Origin: an uncultured Desulfobacterales bacterium
GTDB lineage: Bacteria > Desulfobacterota > Dissulfuribacteria > Dissulfuribacterales > QOAL01
Length of the DNA: 64,000 nt
Reading direction: 5' to 3'
NCBI GenBank assembly: GCA_964573805.1
Contig: CAZNKP010000020.1
Span: 3,761-67,760, forward strand
The notes beneath the pieces are model-generated. The model did no database searches. It was not told where the DNA came from and saw nothing but the letters and a program-made list of their open reading frames with translations. Of the stretch, positions 20,571-29,548 are shown piece after piece (the first letter of the stretch is position 1; the number at the start of each line of letters is the position of its first letter). Both the position numbers and the translations under genes were made by a program.

Positions 20571-21576
20571 CGACACTGTAAGGCAGCGGCTCCTTCAGGC
20601 TGTGGAGGCCTTTGCTGCCAGAAAGATACTGGTAATTGGAGACATAATGCTGGATCAGTTCGTTTGGGGAGAAGTCAGCAGGATCTCTCCCGAAGCCCCG
20701 GTGCCAGTAGTTCAGGTTGAGAAGGAGTCTTTTTTGCTTGGTGGCGCTGCAAATGTGGCGAACAACCTCAGAAGCCTTGACGCTAAAGTCTATTTGTCTG
20801 GTGTTATCGGCAGTGATGGATTTGGTCAAACCGTGCATTCTCTTTGTGCTCAAAAGAAAATTGATACCTCCGCACTGATTACAGACCACAACAGGCCAAC
20901 AACCTTGAAAACAAGGATTGTAGCAAGGGGGCAACAGGTGGTGCGGGTCGACCGGGAAAGACCTGCACCTCTGGATTCCGACACTGCAACCGCTATAAAG
21001 CACAGCCTGACAAAAGCCCTTGCCAACTGTGATGCTGTGATTGTTTCGGATTATAATAAGGGAGTGATCTGTAAAGCAATCATGGATCTCATCGTAGGCC
21101 TTGCCAAAGAGAACGCCATACCGACCTTGGTGGACCCGAAACCTGTAAATGCATCTCTTTATAGGGGAGTCAATGTCATAACCCCAAATCTCAAAGAGGC
21201 AGAAGATATTGCTGCATTGCATGCCCAAAGCGATACAGATCTTGAAAGGTCCGCCAGAACAATGGCCGAAAGACTAGAACTTGAGATAGTGCTTATTACA
21301 AGGGGGGCAGAGGGAATGGCCCTTTGGCAACAAGACAAGGGGCTCTTCACGATTCCTACCATGGCCAGAGAGGTATTTGACGTTACAGGAGCAGGAGATA
21401 CGGTCATAAGCCTTATGGCATTGGGGCTTGTAAGTGGTTTGTCTCCCTGTGAATCGGCTCTTATAGCTAATCTTGCCGCAGGCATTGTGGTTGGCAAGAT
21501 AGGAACTGCAACAGTAACCAGGGAAGAACTTGAACAGGCCATCGCACAGGTAGCTATTGATTCCCTGTATACCTAA
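20563..21576 (+). CDS. rfaE1: D-glycero-beta-D-manno-heptose-7-phosphate kinase (HldE kinase domain only)
   Basis: RISPEAPVPV, GGAANVA, SDYNKG, DPKP, TPN..EA, DVTGAGDT (PfkB). Confidence 0.93.
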   Translation: MNNDTVRQRLLQAVEAFAARKILVIGDIMLDQFVWGEVSRISPEAPVPVVQVEKESFLLGGAANVANNLRSLDAKVYLSGVIGSDGFGQTVHSLCAQKKIDTSALITDHNRPTTLKTRIVARGQQVVRVDRERPAPLDSDTATAIKHSLTKALANCDAVIVSDYNKGVICKAIMDLIVGLAKENAIPTLVDPKPVNASLYRGVNVITPNLKEAEDIAALHAQSDTDLERSARTMAERLELEIVLITRGAEGMALWQQDKGLFTIPTMAREVFDVTGAGDTVISLMALGLVSGLSPCESALIANLAAGIVVGKIGTATVTREELEQAIAQVAIDSLYT

Positions 21577-21579
21577 AAA

Positions 21580-22119
21580 ATGGCAAGAAAAGATTTAAAA
21601 ACACCGTCTAAGGCGCTACTTGTATCTGGAATCATTTATTCGCCAGAGGTGGAGTTGAATGATATACTGTCTACCCTTAATGCCACCTTTGGGGATATTC
21701 TTTTAAAGGCAGGTCCTGTGGATTTTACATGGACTAGATACTACGAAAGAGAGATGGGACAAGGACTCAAACGATATTTTGTGGCCTTTGATGAACTTGT
21801 GAATCAAGACAGTTTGCCGTTTGTCAAGCTTAAGGCAATGGCTCTAGAAGATAACTGGACGCTAAAAGGTGGGCGCAGGGTAAACATTGATCCTGGGATA
21901 CTCACTCTAGAAAGGCTTGTTCTTGCAACCACCAAGAACTTTACGCACAGGGTTTATCTTGGGCATGGCATATATGCAGACCTGACACTTGTATATCAAA
22001 AGGGAAATTTTTCTGTGCTTCCATGGACTTATCCTGACTATCGTTCACAGTTTGCCATGGATTTTTTAACAAGGGCCAGAAAGAAATACCTTGCAACAAT
22101 AAAAAGAGAAAGGGGTTAA
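21580..22119 (+). CDS. DUF4416 family protein
   Basis: YYEREMG, RRVNIDPG, LATTKNFTHRVYL, PWTYPDY. Confidence 0.8.
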   Translation: MARKDLKTPSKALLVSGIIYSPEVELNDILSTLNATFGDILLKAGPVDFTWTRYYEREMGQGLKRYFVAFDELVNQDSLPFVKLKAMALEDNWTLKGGRRVNIDPGILTLERLVLATTKNFTHRVYLGHGIYADLTLVYQKGNFSVLPWTYPDYRSQFAMDFLTRARKKYLATIKRERG

Positions 22120-22122
22120 ATC

Positions 22123-23004
22123 GTGCTTAGGAGCATGACTACATTTGCCAAAAAAGAGGCCTCTGGGCCAGACTGGAGCCTTAGCCTAGAATTAAAATCA
22201 GTAAACTCAAGATATTTTGATTTTCACTTAAAGGCATCAAGAGAATTTGTGGCCCTTGAAGATCGCATCAGAAGACTCTTAAAAGAAAAATTAGTCAGGG
22301 GAAGGGTTGATCTATTTATCCAGTACGAGTCTTTTGATGAAATACCTGTCTCCTTTGAGCCAAAGCCGGCTATGGCCAGGGGTTATTTGGAGGCTGTACA
22401 TAAACTTGCCAAGGATGTAAATCTAGAACCTGATTTAAAGATGCCAGAGTTGCTTATGCTTTTGCGCGATGTTGTAGTTGCCAAGGAAGAGCAGATGGAT
22501 ATAGATACCTTATGGAACCGCTTAAGGCCTCCCCTTGAAGACTTAGTGGAGGCAGCCCTTGAAATGTCTCAAAAGGAGGGCAAAGCTACAGAGAAGGATA
22601 TTATTAAAAGGATCCAGCACATAGAGGAACTGGCAGGAAAAATAGAGACTAGGGCGAGACAAAATCTAAAGGAACAACAGGAAAGGCTAAAAGAGAGGAT
22701 ACTTTCCAGGTTGAAGGAGTTGCCTCTTGATGAGCAAAGGCTTATACAAGAAGCGGCAATTATGGCTGATAGGCTTGATATCAACGAAGAGCTTGTCCGC
22801 CTTGGGAGTCATATTAGCCAGTTTTATAAATATCTTGAAATTGACGAACAAATAGGAAGGAAATTGGATTTTTTGCTTCAAGAGATATTCAGGGAGGTAA
22901 ACACAATAGCTTCCAAGTCTTCGGATTCTTCAATCTCGCATTTGGTGGTTGAAATGAAGTCAGAGATTGAAAAAATCCGTGAGCAGTTACAAAATATTGT
23001 GTAG
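22123..23004 (+). CDS. yicC: YicC/YloC family endoribonuclease
   Basis: MLRSMT, ELKSVNSRY, GRKLDFLLQE..RE.NT..SK, EKIREQLQNI. Confidence 0.92.
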   Translation: MLRSMTTFAKKEASGPDWSLSLELKSVNSRYFDFHLKASREFVALEDRIRRLLKEKLVRGRVDLFIQYESFDEIPVSFEPKPAMARGYLEAVHKLAKDVNLEPDLKMPELLMLLRDVVVAKEEQMDIDTLWNRLRPPLEDLVEAALEMSQKEGKATEKDIIKRIQHIEELAGKIETRARQNLKEQQERLKERILSRLKELPLDEQRLIQEAAIMADRLDINEELVRLGSHISQFYKYLEIDEQIGRKLDFLLQEIFREVNTIASKSSDSSISHLVVEMKSEIEKIREQLQNIV

Positions 23005-23089
23005 CAGGAAAAAAGGGGTAATATGATTTATTAAAATTTTGTAAGCACGAATTTTTATGCACACATTCACAAACAAGAGGTAAATTATT

Positions 23090-23365
23090 ATGAGCTGTAA
23101 ATGTAAACTCTTGAATATAGGCTTTGGCAATACAGTGGTAGCAGAGCGAGTGGTAGCCATAGTGAATCCCTCATCCGCTCCAATGAAAAGGCTTAGAGAA
23201 GAGGCAAAACAAAACAGTAAGCTAATAGATGCCACCCAAGGCAGACGCACCAGGTCAATAGTCATAACGGACTCGAATCATGTCATCCTCTCTGCGATTC
23301 AGGCCGAGACCATTTCCCAAAGGCTAAGCTCGGATTTGCTCAGCAAGGCCGAGGAATCTGATTAA
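23090..23365 (+). CDS. DUF370/RemA family protein
   Basis: [22 protein letters not shown]; yloC-remA-gmk synteny. Confidence 0.9.
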   Translation: MSCKCKLLNIGFGNTVVAERVVAIVNPSSAPMKRLREEAKQNSKLIDATQGRRTRSIVITDSNHVILSAIQAETISQRLSSDLLSKAEESD

Positions 23366-23380
23366 GCAGGCGGATTCCAA

Positions 23381-24016
23381 ATGGACAGAGGGGATCTATT
23401 TATTATTTCAGCCCCTTCTGGGACTGGCAAGACAACATTGTGTTCTATGGTGATCGAGGAACTAGAAAATATTTCCTTTTCTGTCTCTCATACTACCAGA
23501 TCCCCGCGTCCAGGAGAGGTAAACGGGAAGGACTATTACTTTATATCTGAGCAGGAGTTTGAACGGCTAGTGGCTGAAGACGCCTTTTTGGAATGGGCCA
23601 GAGTGCATGGTAACTTTTATGGCACCCACAGAGGGTATGTCATGGAAAAACTGGCTCAAGGCGTTGATGTAATACTGGATATAGATGTACAGGGTGCCAA
23701 ACAGGTCAAAAAAAAACTGCCAAGTGCCATAACCATATTTATTTTGCCTCCATCATGGCAGGCCCTTGAAGAGCGGCTACTAAAACGGGGCAGCGAAGAT
23801 ATGGAGAAGATAAAACTAAGACTCCAAAATGCCATGAAGGAAATAGAAGAGGTGACAAATTACCACTATGCTGTGGTAAATGATCAGCTTCTAAAGGCCC
23901 TGCAAGAATTGAAAACAATAATATTGGCTGAAAGGAGCAAAACGAGAAGGGTTTTGGCAAGCAGAATAGACATGGCTGCCCTAAAACCGAGGCCGGATTC
24001 CTGGGTCCTTTCTTAG
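23381..24016 (+). CDS. gmk: Guanylate kinase
   Basis: SAPSGTGKT, TTRSPRPGE, EWARVHGNFYGT, DIDVQG. Confidence 0.96.
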   Translation: MDRGDLFIISAPSGTGKTTLCSMVIEELENISFSVSHTTRSPRPGEVNGKDYYFISEQEFERLVAEDAFLEWARVHGNFYGTHRGYVMEKLAQGVDVILDIDVQGAKQVKKKLPSAITIFILPPSWQALEERLLKRGSEDMEKIKLRLQNAMKEIEEVTNYHYAVVNDQLLKALQELKTIILAERSKTRRVLASRIDMAALKPRPDSWVLS

Positions 24017-24028
24017 GCGGAGATACAG

Positions 24029-24769
24029 TTGCCAGATTACCTCCTGATATGGGGCATACATCCGGTAGAAGAGGCTATTAAGACAAGACCTGAATTTGTA
24101 AAACAGATAGAAATTCTGCCTAGTTTTGGCCGCAAGAAAAGCCAAAGGGGTCTTTTGGAGCTTCTCTACAACCAAGGTCTGCAAGCCTCCCGGAGGGCTG
24201 ACTTTCACAAATATAATCTGCCAAAGGGGGCTGTACACCAGGGTGTATGTGCCAAGGTAAAAGTCTTTTGGGAGACAAGCCTCGAAGAGATAATAAGGCG
24301 CTGCTTATCTTTGGGCCAGAGCATTGTAGCTTGCGACCAAATAGAAGATCCGCAAAATCTTGGGGCCCTTATTAGAGCTGCTGTTGCCTTTGAAGTATCT
24401 GGCATTGTAATACCTAAAAGACAAAATGCCTCTATCAACGGGACAGTGGTAAAGGCATCATCTGGTGCAGTATTTCACGCCCAAATATGCACCAAAGGCC
24501 TTGCTGTGGCCATTAAGGCAATAAAGCAAGAGAGGATTCCAATAGTTGGCTTGGATTCCCGTGGAGCTATACCGATCTATAAACTTGATATAAAAGGGCC
24601 AGTATGTCTAATATTAGGGTCGGAATCCAAGGGGATACGAAAAAATATACGCAAAATGACAGATGTTCTAGGAGTGATACCAATAAACCCTGTCTTAGAT
24701 TCCCTAAATGTATCAAATGCAGCATCTGTTGCCCTTTATGAATTCAAGAGGAAAAAGCTCTGTGACTAA
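24029..24769 (+). CDS. rlmB: 23S rRNA (G2251-2'-O) methyltransferase, SPOUT family
   Basis: HQGV, DPQNLGALIR, GSESKG, SLNVSNA. Confidence 0.88.
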   Translation: MPDYLLIWGIHPVEEAIKTRPEFVKQIEILPSFGRKKSQRGLLELLYNQGLQASRRADFHKYNLPKGAVHQGVCAKVKVFWETSLEEIIRRCLSLGQSIVACDQIEDPQNLGALIRAAVAFEVSGIVIPKRQNASINGTVVKASSGAVFHAQICTKGLAVAIKAIKQERIPIVGLDSRGAIPIYKLDIKGPVCLILGSESKGIRKNIRKMTDVLGVIPINPVLDSLNVSNAASVALYEFKRKKLCD

Positions 24770-26077
24770 ATGGGCTGGCTAGAATTTTACCGTACAGTTA
24801 CAACTCCTATAGGTCTAGTTGTCATACCTGTCATACGTTTTTTTGAAAAGAGATCCAGCGATCCCTCTGCATGGCGTCAAAGAAGAGGGCTTCTTCCTGA
24901 AACTGTATTAAAACAGGCTCCTTTTGACCTATGGATACATGGTGCATCTGTTGGAGAGATGACGGCAGTCAAGGCAATAGTAGACCAGATTATGAAAATG
25001 AGACCTTCTACCAAGGTGTTGGTTTCCTCCTTCACTCCGGCAGGCGTACTTCAGGCCCGAAAAATTTTTGCCCACAATATCCCGACGATACACCTTCCTA
25101 TTGATTATCCAAAGGCTACACGATTGGTATCGTCTGCACTTTCACCAAAGGTTTTCTGCACAGTAGAAACAGAACTATGGCCCAATCTCCTCCTTAGCCT
25201 TAGAGAGACGGGAAGCAGGCTTTTACTGTTAAACGGTAGGATTTCTGGACGTTCCTTTAACTCCTATAAAAGGATTCGTTTCCTCTTGAAGGAGCTGCTT
25301 GGTTCCTTTGATTTTATCTGCACAATTACGAACGCGGACAGGGAGAGGCTAATTTGTCTTGGTGCAAAGACAAAAAGACTCAAGATATGTGGAAATGCAA
25401 AATATGAAGATATGCTTATTAAGGCAGATCCCCAAAAGGCTAAGGCCGTTGGTCAAAAACTAGGACTTGCGCAGATTGACAGACCTGTCATAGTGGCAGG
25501 GAGTATCAGGGCCAATGAATATAGAGATGTATACCAGGCCAGTATACGTTTAAGGCGGGACGGCCTGGAGCCATTTATCGTACTTGTTCCAAGGCATCTT
25601 GAAAGGACAAAACAAATAAAGGCGTACCTGGAGGCCAAAGGGGAAACTTTTCAACTGTCCAGTCAAGTCTTATCAAGCAGACTTCCAACAATTGCCTACA
25701 AAAACTGTTCTTTTCTGATAATTGATCAAATTGGTTTGTTGTTTTGGCTTTACCATTACTGCCATGTAGCCTTTGTAGGAGGGTCTATCGCACCCCTTGG
25801 CGGCCAGAATATAATGGAGCCTGCAGCTTGGGGGAAACCAGTAATTTTTGGTCCCTTCGTAGACAACTTCCAGGAAGCTGCAGACTTGCTTATTCAGCAA
25901 GGGGGTGGCCGGATGGTTAGAAATAGCGATGATCTCTACCTGGAATTAAAAAGAATTTTAGTTAATCAAAACCTTCGTAAAGGGGCTGGCAAGATGGCAA
26001 AAAAAACTCTAGAGATGTTGGGCAAAGGGGCGGCTTCTATCCAGGCCCAAAAGATATTGGAATTCCTTTGTGAATGA
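24770..26077 (+). CDS. waaA: 3-deoxy-D-manno-octulosonic acid transferase
   Basis: WIHGASVGE, ETELWPN, VPRHLER, FVGGS..P.GGQN..EPA. Confidence 0.93.
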   Translation: MGWLEFYRTVTTPIGLVVIPVIRFFEKRSSDPSAWRQRRGLLPETVLKQAPFDLWIHGASVGEMTAVKAIVDQIMKMRPSTKVLVSSFTPAGVLQARKIFAHNIPTIHLPIDYPKATRLVSSALSPKVFCTVETELWPNLLLSLRETGSRLLLLNGRISGRSFNSYKRIRFLLKELLGSFDFICTITNADRERLICLGAKTKRLKICGNAKYEDMLIKADPQKAKAVGQKLGLAQIDRPVIVAGSIRANEYRDVYQASIRLRRDGLEPFIVLVPRHLERTKQIKAYLEAKGETFQLSSQVLSSRLPTIAYKNCSFLIIDQIGLLFWLYHYCHVAFVGGSIAPLGGQNIMEPAAWGKPVIFGPFVDNFQEAADLLIQQGGGRMVRNSDDLYLELKRILVNQNLRKGAGKMAKKTLEMLGKGAASIQAQKILEFLCE

Positions 26078-26089
26078 AATTCATGAATG

Positions 26090-26133
26090 GTAAGGGCTTC
26101 TAACGGATTTTCTGCCAGAAACCCTTACTTTTT
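26090..26133. terminator. Probable terminator between convergent waaA and the cytochrome gene
   Basis: GTAAGGG-C-TTCT ... AGAA-A-CCCTTAC followed by TTTTT. Confidence 0.5.
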
Positions 26134-26192
26134 AAGGAACCTGGTCCATGACTGTTTAAAGAGCTGATTGTATCGGCTAGGAGCGGTCCAGA

Positions 26193-26591
26193 TTAATGTT
26201 TCCCTGGGGCAAGGGGTTTCCCCCTTCGTTCATAAGTAATATACGCCTCTAGGGCTATCATCTTGGGATCATCTAGTTTGAGCGGTTCTCCTTCAAGGGG
26301 ATTTTGTATGCACCAGTTGATCATGTCTCTAAGTGCGACCACCTTGCCAATCTGTTTCTGGAATTTGGGATAGGTCTCCGGGTGAGTATTTGAGGCATTT
26401 GGATGACACATGTCGCAGGAAACCTTGTTGGTTCCAAGGGCACTGTGAAATAACCTGTCTCCCTCTTTTACAACGGTCATAAATTCCTTATTCCATTTTT
26501 CCAGGTCCTTCTGGGTGAATTCATCTGAAATGGCCAAATTGCCAATTCCAATAAAGAATACCAAGCTGATTAATGATAGTAGTTTTTTCAT
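26193..26591 (-). CDS. Periplasmic monoheme cytochrome c, SoxA/TsdA-like heme domain
   Basis: Signal peptide; single CDMCH; TYPKF...LRDMINWCIQNPLEG resembles the SoxA/TsdA segment that carries the Cys ligand. Confidence 0.75.
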   Translation of the reverse strand: MKKLLSLISLVFFIGIGNLAISDEFTQKDLEKWNKEFMTVVKEGDRLFHSALGTNKVSCDMCHPNASNTHPETYPKFQKQIGKVVALRDMINWCIQNPLEGEPLKLDDPKMIALEAYITYERRGKPLAPGKH

Positions 26592-26606
26592 GTCTATTGT
26601 CTCCTT

Positions 26607-27680
26607 TTAATAGTGTTGCTGAGGTGGAATCCGCCTTTCAGGATTTTGGTATTCGATATCAACTGGGTAACCGAGTTTTTTATCGTATCTGATTACACGA
26701 TCCCTGTTCTCCCACAGCTTGTAATGATTGGTTACCCGGCCATCTTCAAGGTTAAGGACAGACCAGCCTGTTGCATCCCTCTCATGGAAAGGATCGGCCC
26801 TGTTCATAAACACAGTAATCTTGGGAACTAGGTTGGGTTTCTGGATATAGCTTGGTGGATAGGGCCATGGCCAAGCCGTAGACATCATTGCCTGAAAGGT
26901 GATATTACCTATCTGATTATAAAGAATCTGGTGTACGTGGCCATGAAGGACAGTGACCTTTTCAAAGGGCTGAAGTAACGCCTGCACCTTTTCTGCATCA
27001 TCTGTCCAGAAGTTCCAGGGTTTGAAAATCTTGTAGAGAGGTGAATGAGACATGACTACTACCGGCGTCTCCTTAGATATTTTAGACAGGTCCTTTCTCA
27101 ACCATTCGAGCTGTGTGTTTCCTACCATGAACGGGGAACCTTCTGGATTGTCAAGGCGCGCCATGTTGTTCATCCGTTCTTCAGGGCTTTTCCATCTATT
27201 CATCCAGGTGTTGTAGGTGAGTATCGAATTGAGCACCACGAAGTGGATGCCCTTATGATTAAAGCTGTAGGTGGTCTTTGAAATCTTGTCTTCCCAGAAC
27301 CTTCCAAGGTCAAGATAATAGTCGTGCTCACCTATGACCCATCTTATCGGGTGTCTGAGCCTCGACATGATCTCAAGCCCATGTTCAAGCTCTTCCCTTT
27401 TGCCAAGCTGTGCAAGATCTCCTCCATATACTACAAAGTCCGGTTTCGGAGACATAAAGTTGCACTCAGTAACTGCTCTTTTTAGACCCTTGTCAAAATT
27501 TCTGACAAATTCGGTACCCTTGATATGGGTGAGATGGGAATCCGAGATATAGGCAAGGGTGAAATTTTGGCGATCGTTCTTCCCCCATGAAAATTCCACC
27601 AGGCCTAGGGGCAGGCTCGCTGCTGCGGCAACGGCTGCCCCTGCTTTTATAAATCCCCTTCGTGTAATTTTTTTCTTCAC
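26607..27680 (-). CDS. Tat-exported calcineurin-like metallophosphoesterase
   Basis: TRRGFIK twin-arginine signal; ISDSH, GGDL, GEHD, MSHSP and HGHVH motifs. Confidence 0.85.
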   Translation of the reverse strand: MKKKITRRGFIKAGAAVAAAASLPLGLVEFSWGKNDRQNFTLAYISDSHLTHIKGTEFVRNFDKGLKRAVTECNFMSPKPDFVVYGGDLAQLGKREELEHGLEIMSRLRHPIRWVIGEHDYYLDLGRFWEDKISKTTYSFNHKGIHFVVLNSILTYNTWMNRWKSPEERMNNMARLDNPEGSPFMVGNTQLEWLRKDLSKISKETPVVVMSHSPLYKIFKPWNFWTDDAEKVQALLQPFEKVTVLHGHVHQILYNQIGNITFQAMMSTAWPWPYPPSYIQKPNLVPKITVFMNRADPFHERDATGWSVLNLEDGRVTNHYKLWENRDRVIRYDKKLGYPVDIEYQNPERRIPPQQHY

Positions 27681-27692
27681 TGCTTCCTCCTT

Positions 27693-28805
27693 TTATTTGT
27701 TGTTTTTAAGCAATGTTTGATATGCTGGGCTGGTTAAGGCCTTGAGAAATTCAAGCAGATCAAGCTTTTCTTGTTCTGTAAGATTGAGTGGCCTTATTCC
27801 GCTGTCCAGCATCGGGTTATCCTCACCGCCCTGATCGTAAAGTTCAATAACCTCTTCCAGGGTTTCTATGCTTCCGTCATGCATATAAGGGCCTGTCACA
27901 GCCACGTTTCTTAGCGTAGGGGTCTTAAATCTGCCAATGTCTTCTATATCCATGGTTACTGCAAAACGCCCCAGCTCTGAAATTTCCTGTTTTTCAAGAA
28001 CTTTTTCATCTAAGGCCAGTCCTTTGGATTTTGCCTTTCTGATTTTTTCCACTATTGCCATGAGTTTTGGCTCGATCCTGAAAAATCCCACCCCAAGATT
28101 GTGAAATTTGTTGTCTGTAAATATTGCGCTTGTCTGGCTGATTGTATGACAATCCTGGCATCTTGCCTTGGTGCGGAAAATGTCGAGTCCGCGGATTGCT
28201 GCCTTTGACATTGCATCCTTTTCTCTGCCATACATGTATCTATCAAAGGGGGAATCTCCAGAAATCACGGTCCTCTCAAAGGAGGCTATGGCCTTTACAA
28301 CATGGTTTATGTTGATATCAGCAGTTTTTACCCCAAAGGCCTTGTTAAAAAGCGAGGGGTATTCATGGTCTTTTGTTATTATTTCAATTATTGGCGAAAA
28401 GTCTTTAAGGCCGTGTTCTACCGGATTTATAAAAGGGCCCTTTGCCTGTTCTTCCAAGGTTTCTACTCTCCCGTCCCAAAATTGGGAGGTGTAATAGGCT
28501 GAATTTATTACTGTAGGTGAATTTCTTGTCCCTTTTTTCTTTTGAATTCCTCGGGCCACAGGACGACCATCTGTAAACGCCTTTTGGGGATCATGGCAGG
28601 TGGCGCAGCTCACAGTGGAATCAGCGCTAAACCTCTTGTCCTCAAAAAGACGCTTCCCCAGTATTATTTTGGCTGGGTTCTGCTGATTGTCTGCAGGTAT
28701 GGGAACCGGTGGCAGCCCTAAAGGGGTGTCGTGTCCTCCCGCAAGCGTTATTCCTGCAACGGACAAGACAATCAAGACAACAAAAAACACAGTGATTTTT
28801 TTCAT
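27693..28805 (-). CDS. Diheme bCcP/MauG-superfamily enzyme (MauG-like)
   Basis: Signal peptide; CATCH and CQDCH; RNSPT, QFWDGR, NPVE, FKTPTLRN, PYMHDG, ELY. Confidence 0.9.
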   Translation of the reverse strand: MKKITVFFVVLIVLSVAGITLAGGHDTPLGLPPVPIPADNQQNPAKIILGKRLFEDKRFSADSTVSCATCHDPQKAFTDGRPVARGIQKKKGTRNSPTVINSAYYTSQFWDGRVETLEEQAKGPFINPVEHGLKDFSPIIEIITKDHEYPSLFNKAFGVKTADININHVVKAIASFERTVISGDSPFDRYMYGREKDAMSKAAIRGLDIFRTKARCQDCHTISQTSAIFTDNKFHNLGVGFFRIEPKLMAIVEKIRKAKSKGLALDEKVLEKQEISELGRFAVTMDIEDIGRFKTPTLRNVAVTGPYMHDGSIETLEEVIELYDQGGEDNPMLDSGIRPLNLTEQEKLDLLEFLKALTSPAYQTLLKNNK

Positions 28806-28948
28806 AAATACTTTCCTCCTTTTAACAATGATGTTTTATGCCAATCAAGGGCGTTGCTAATAATAGAAACTAAGTCCATTTTTCAAGTAGTTTAGATTTA
28901 AAACTAATTCAGAATAATTCTTTAAATTGATGCAAAAAATTTTATTTG

Positions 28949-29416
28949 TCATTTTCCATTTTTTTTAAGGCATTCTTTGCAGACGCCCCTAATTTCCACC
29001 ACTTGATCAACCACTTTGCCATAGTTCGCTAACTCCTTTGGAAGAGGAATCGTATCAAATTCTGGCCATTTAAAATCTATTATTTTTTTACATATCTTAC
29101 AAACAAAGTGATGATGCATGGATAAGTCTGGCTCAAACCTGATGTAATCAAAGACCTGAACCCGCCTGATAAGGCCCAGCTGCTCAAGAGTCGATAAGGT
29201 TCTGTAAACTGTATCAAGGGAAATGGTGGGCGCATCCTCTTTTAAGCGTTCGTATAAAACTTCGGCTGAAGGGTGATCCTTTGCATCCATTATAGCATTG
29301 TATATCATGATTCTTTGATGAGTCAGCCTGAGACCTGCCTCTTCAAAGACTTTTCTCAACTCCTCGATAGACAGCCTATCGGCAACTTTTTTAATTTTGT
29401 TTTCTGCCATTTTCAT
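28949..29416 (-). CDS. Fur-family (PerR-like) transcriptional regulator
   Basis: HPSAE, TVYRTL, HHHFVCKIC, CKEC; start adjusted. Confidence 0.88.
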   Translation of the reverse strand: MKMAENKIKKVADRLSIEELRKVFEEAGLRLTHQRIMIYNAIMDAKDHPSAEVLYERLKEDAPTISLDTVYRTLSTLEQLGLIRRVQVFDYIRFEPDLSMHHHFVCKICKKIIDFKWPEFDTIPLPKELANYGKVVDQVVEIRGVCKECLKKNGK

Positions 29417-29548
29417 TGGAAATATTAATTCATAATCATTCTTATTTAAGAAGAACACAAAACGATATCTTTTGCAAGGGGAAAACCGGCTTTTTTTGGG
29501 GTTTAAAAATTATCTACAGATCTGATAGCAGGGACATTAGATCTTCCT

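Noticed and set aside
22123-24016. yicC-DUF370-gmk cluster without rpoZ as a novelty
   Set aside because: Widely conserved housekeeping synteny; rpoZ absence here is not informative
27693-28805. Calling the diheme protein a classical cytochrome c peroxidase (ccpA) or true mauG
   Set aside because: It lacks the CcP His/Met ligand pattern, and no mau genes or Trp199 equivalent are present; left as MauG-like
28830-28850. TGGCAT upstream of the MauG-like gene, and TGGCAC at about 62195, as sigma54 promoters
   Set aside because: No GC at the required -12 spacing
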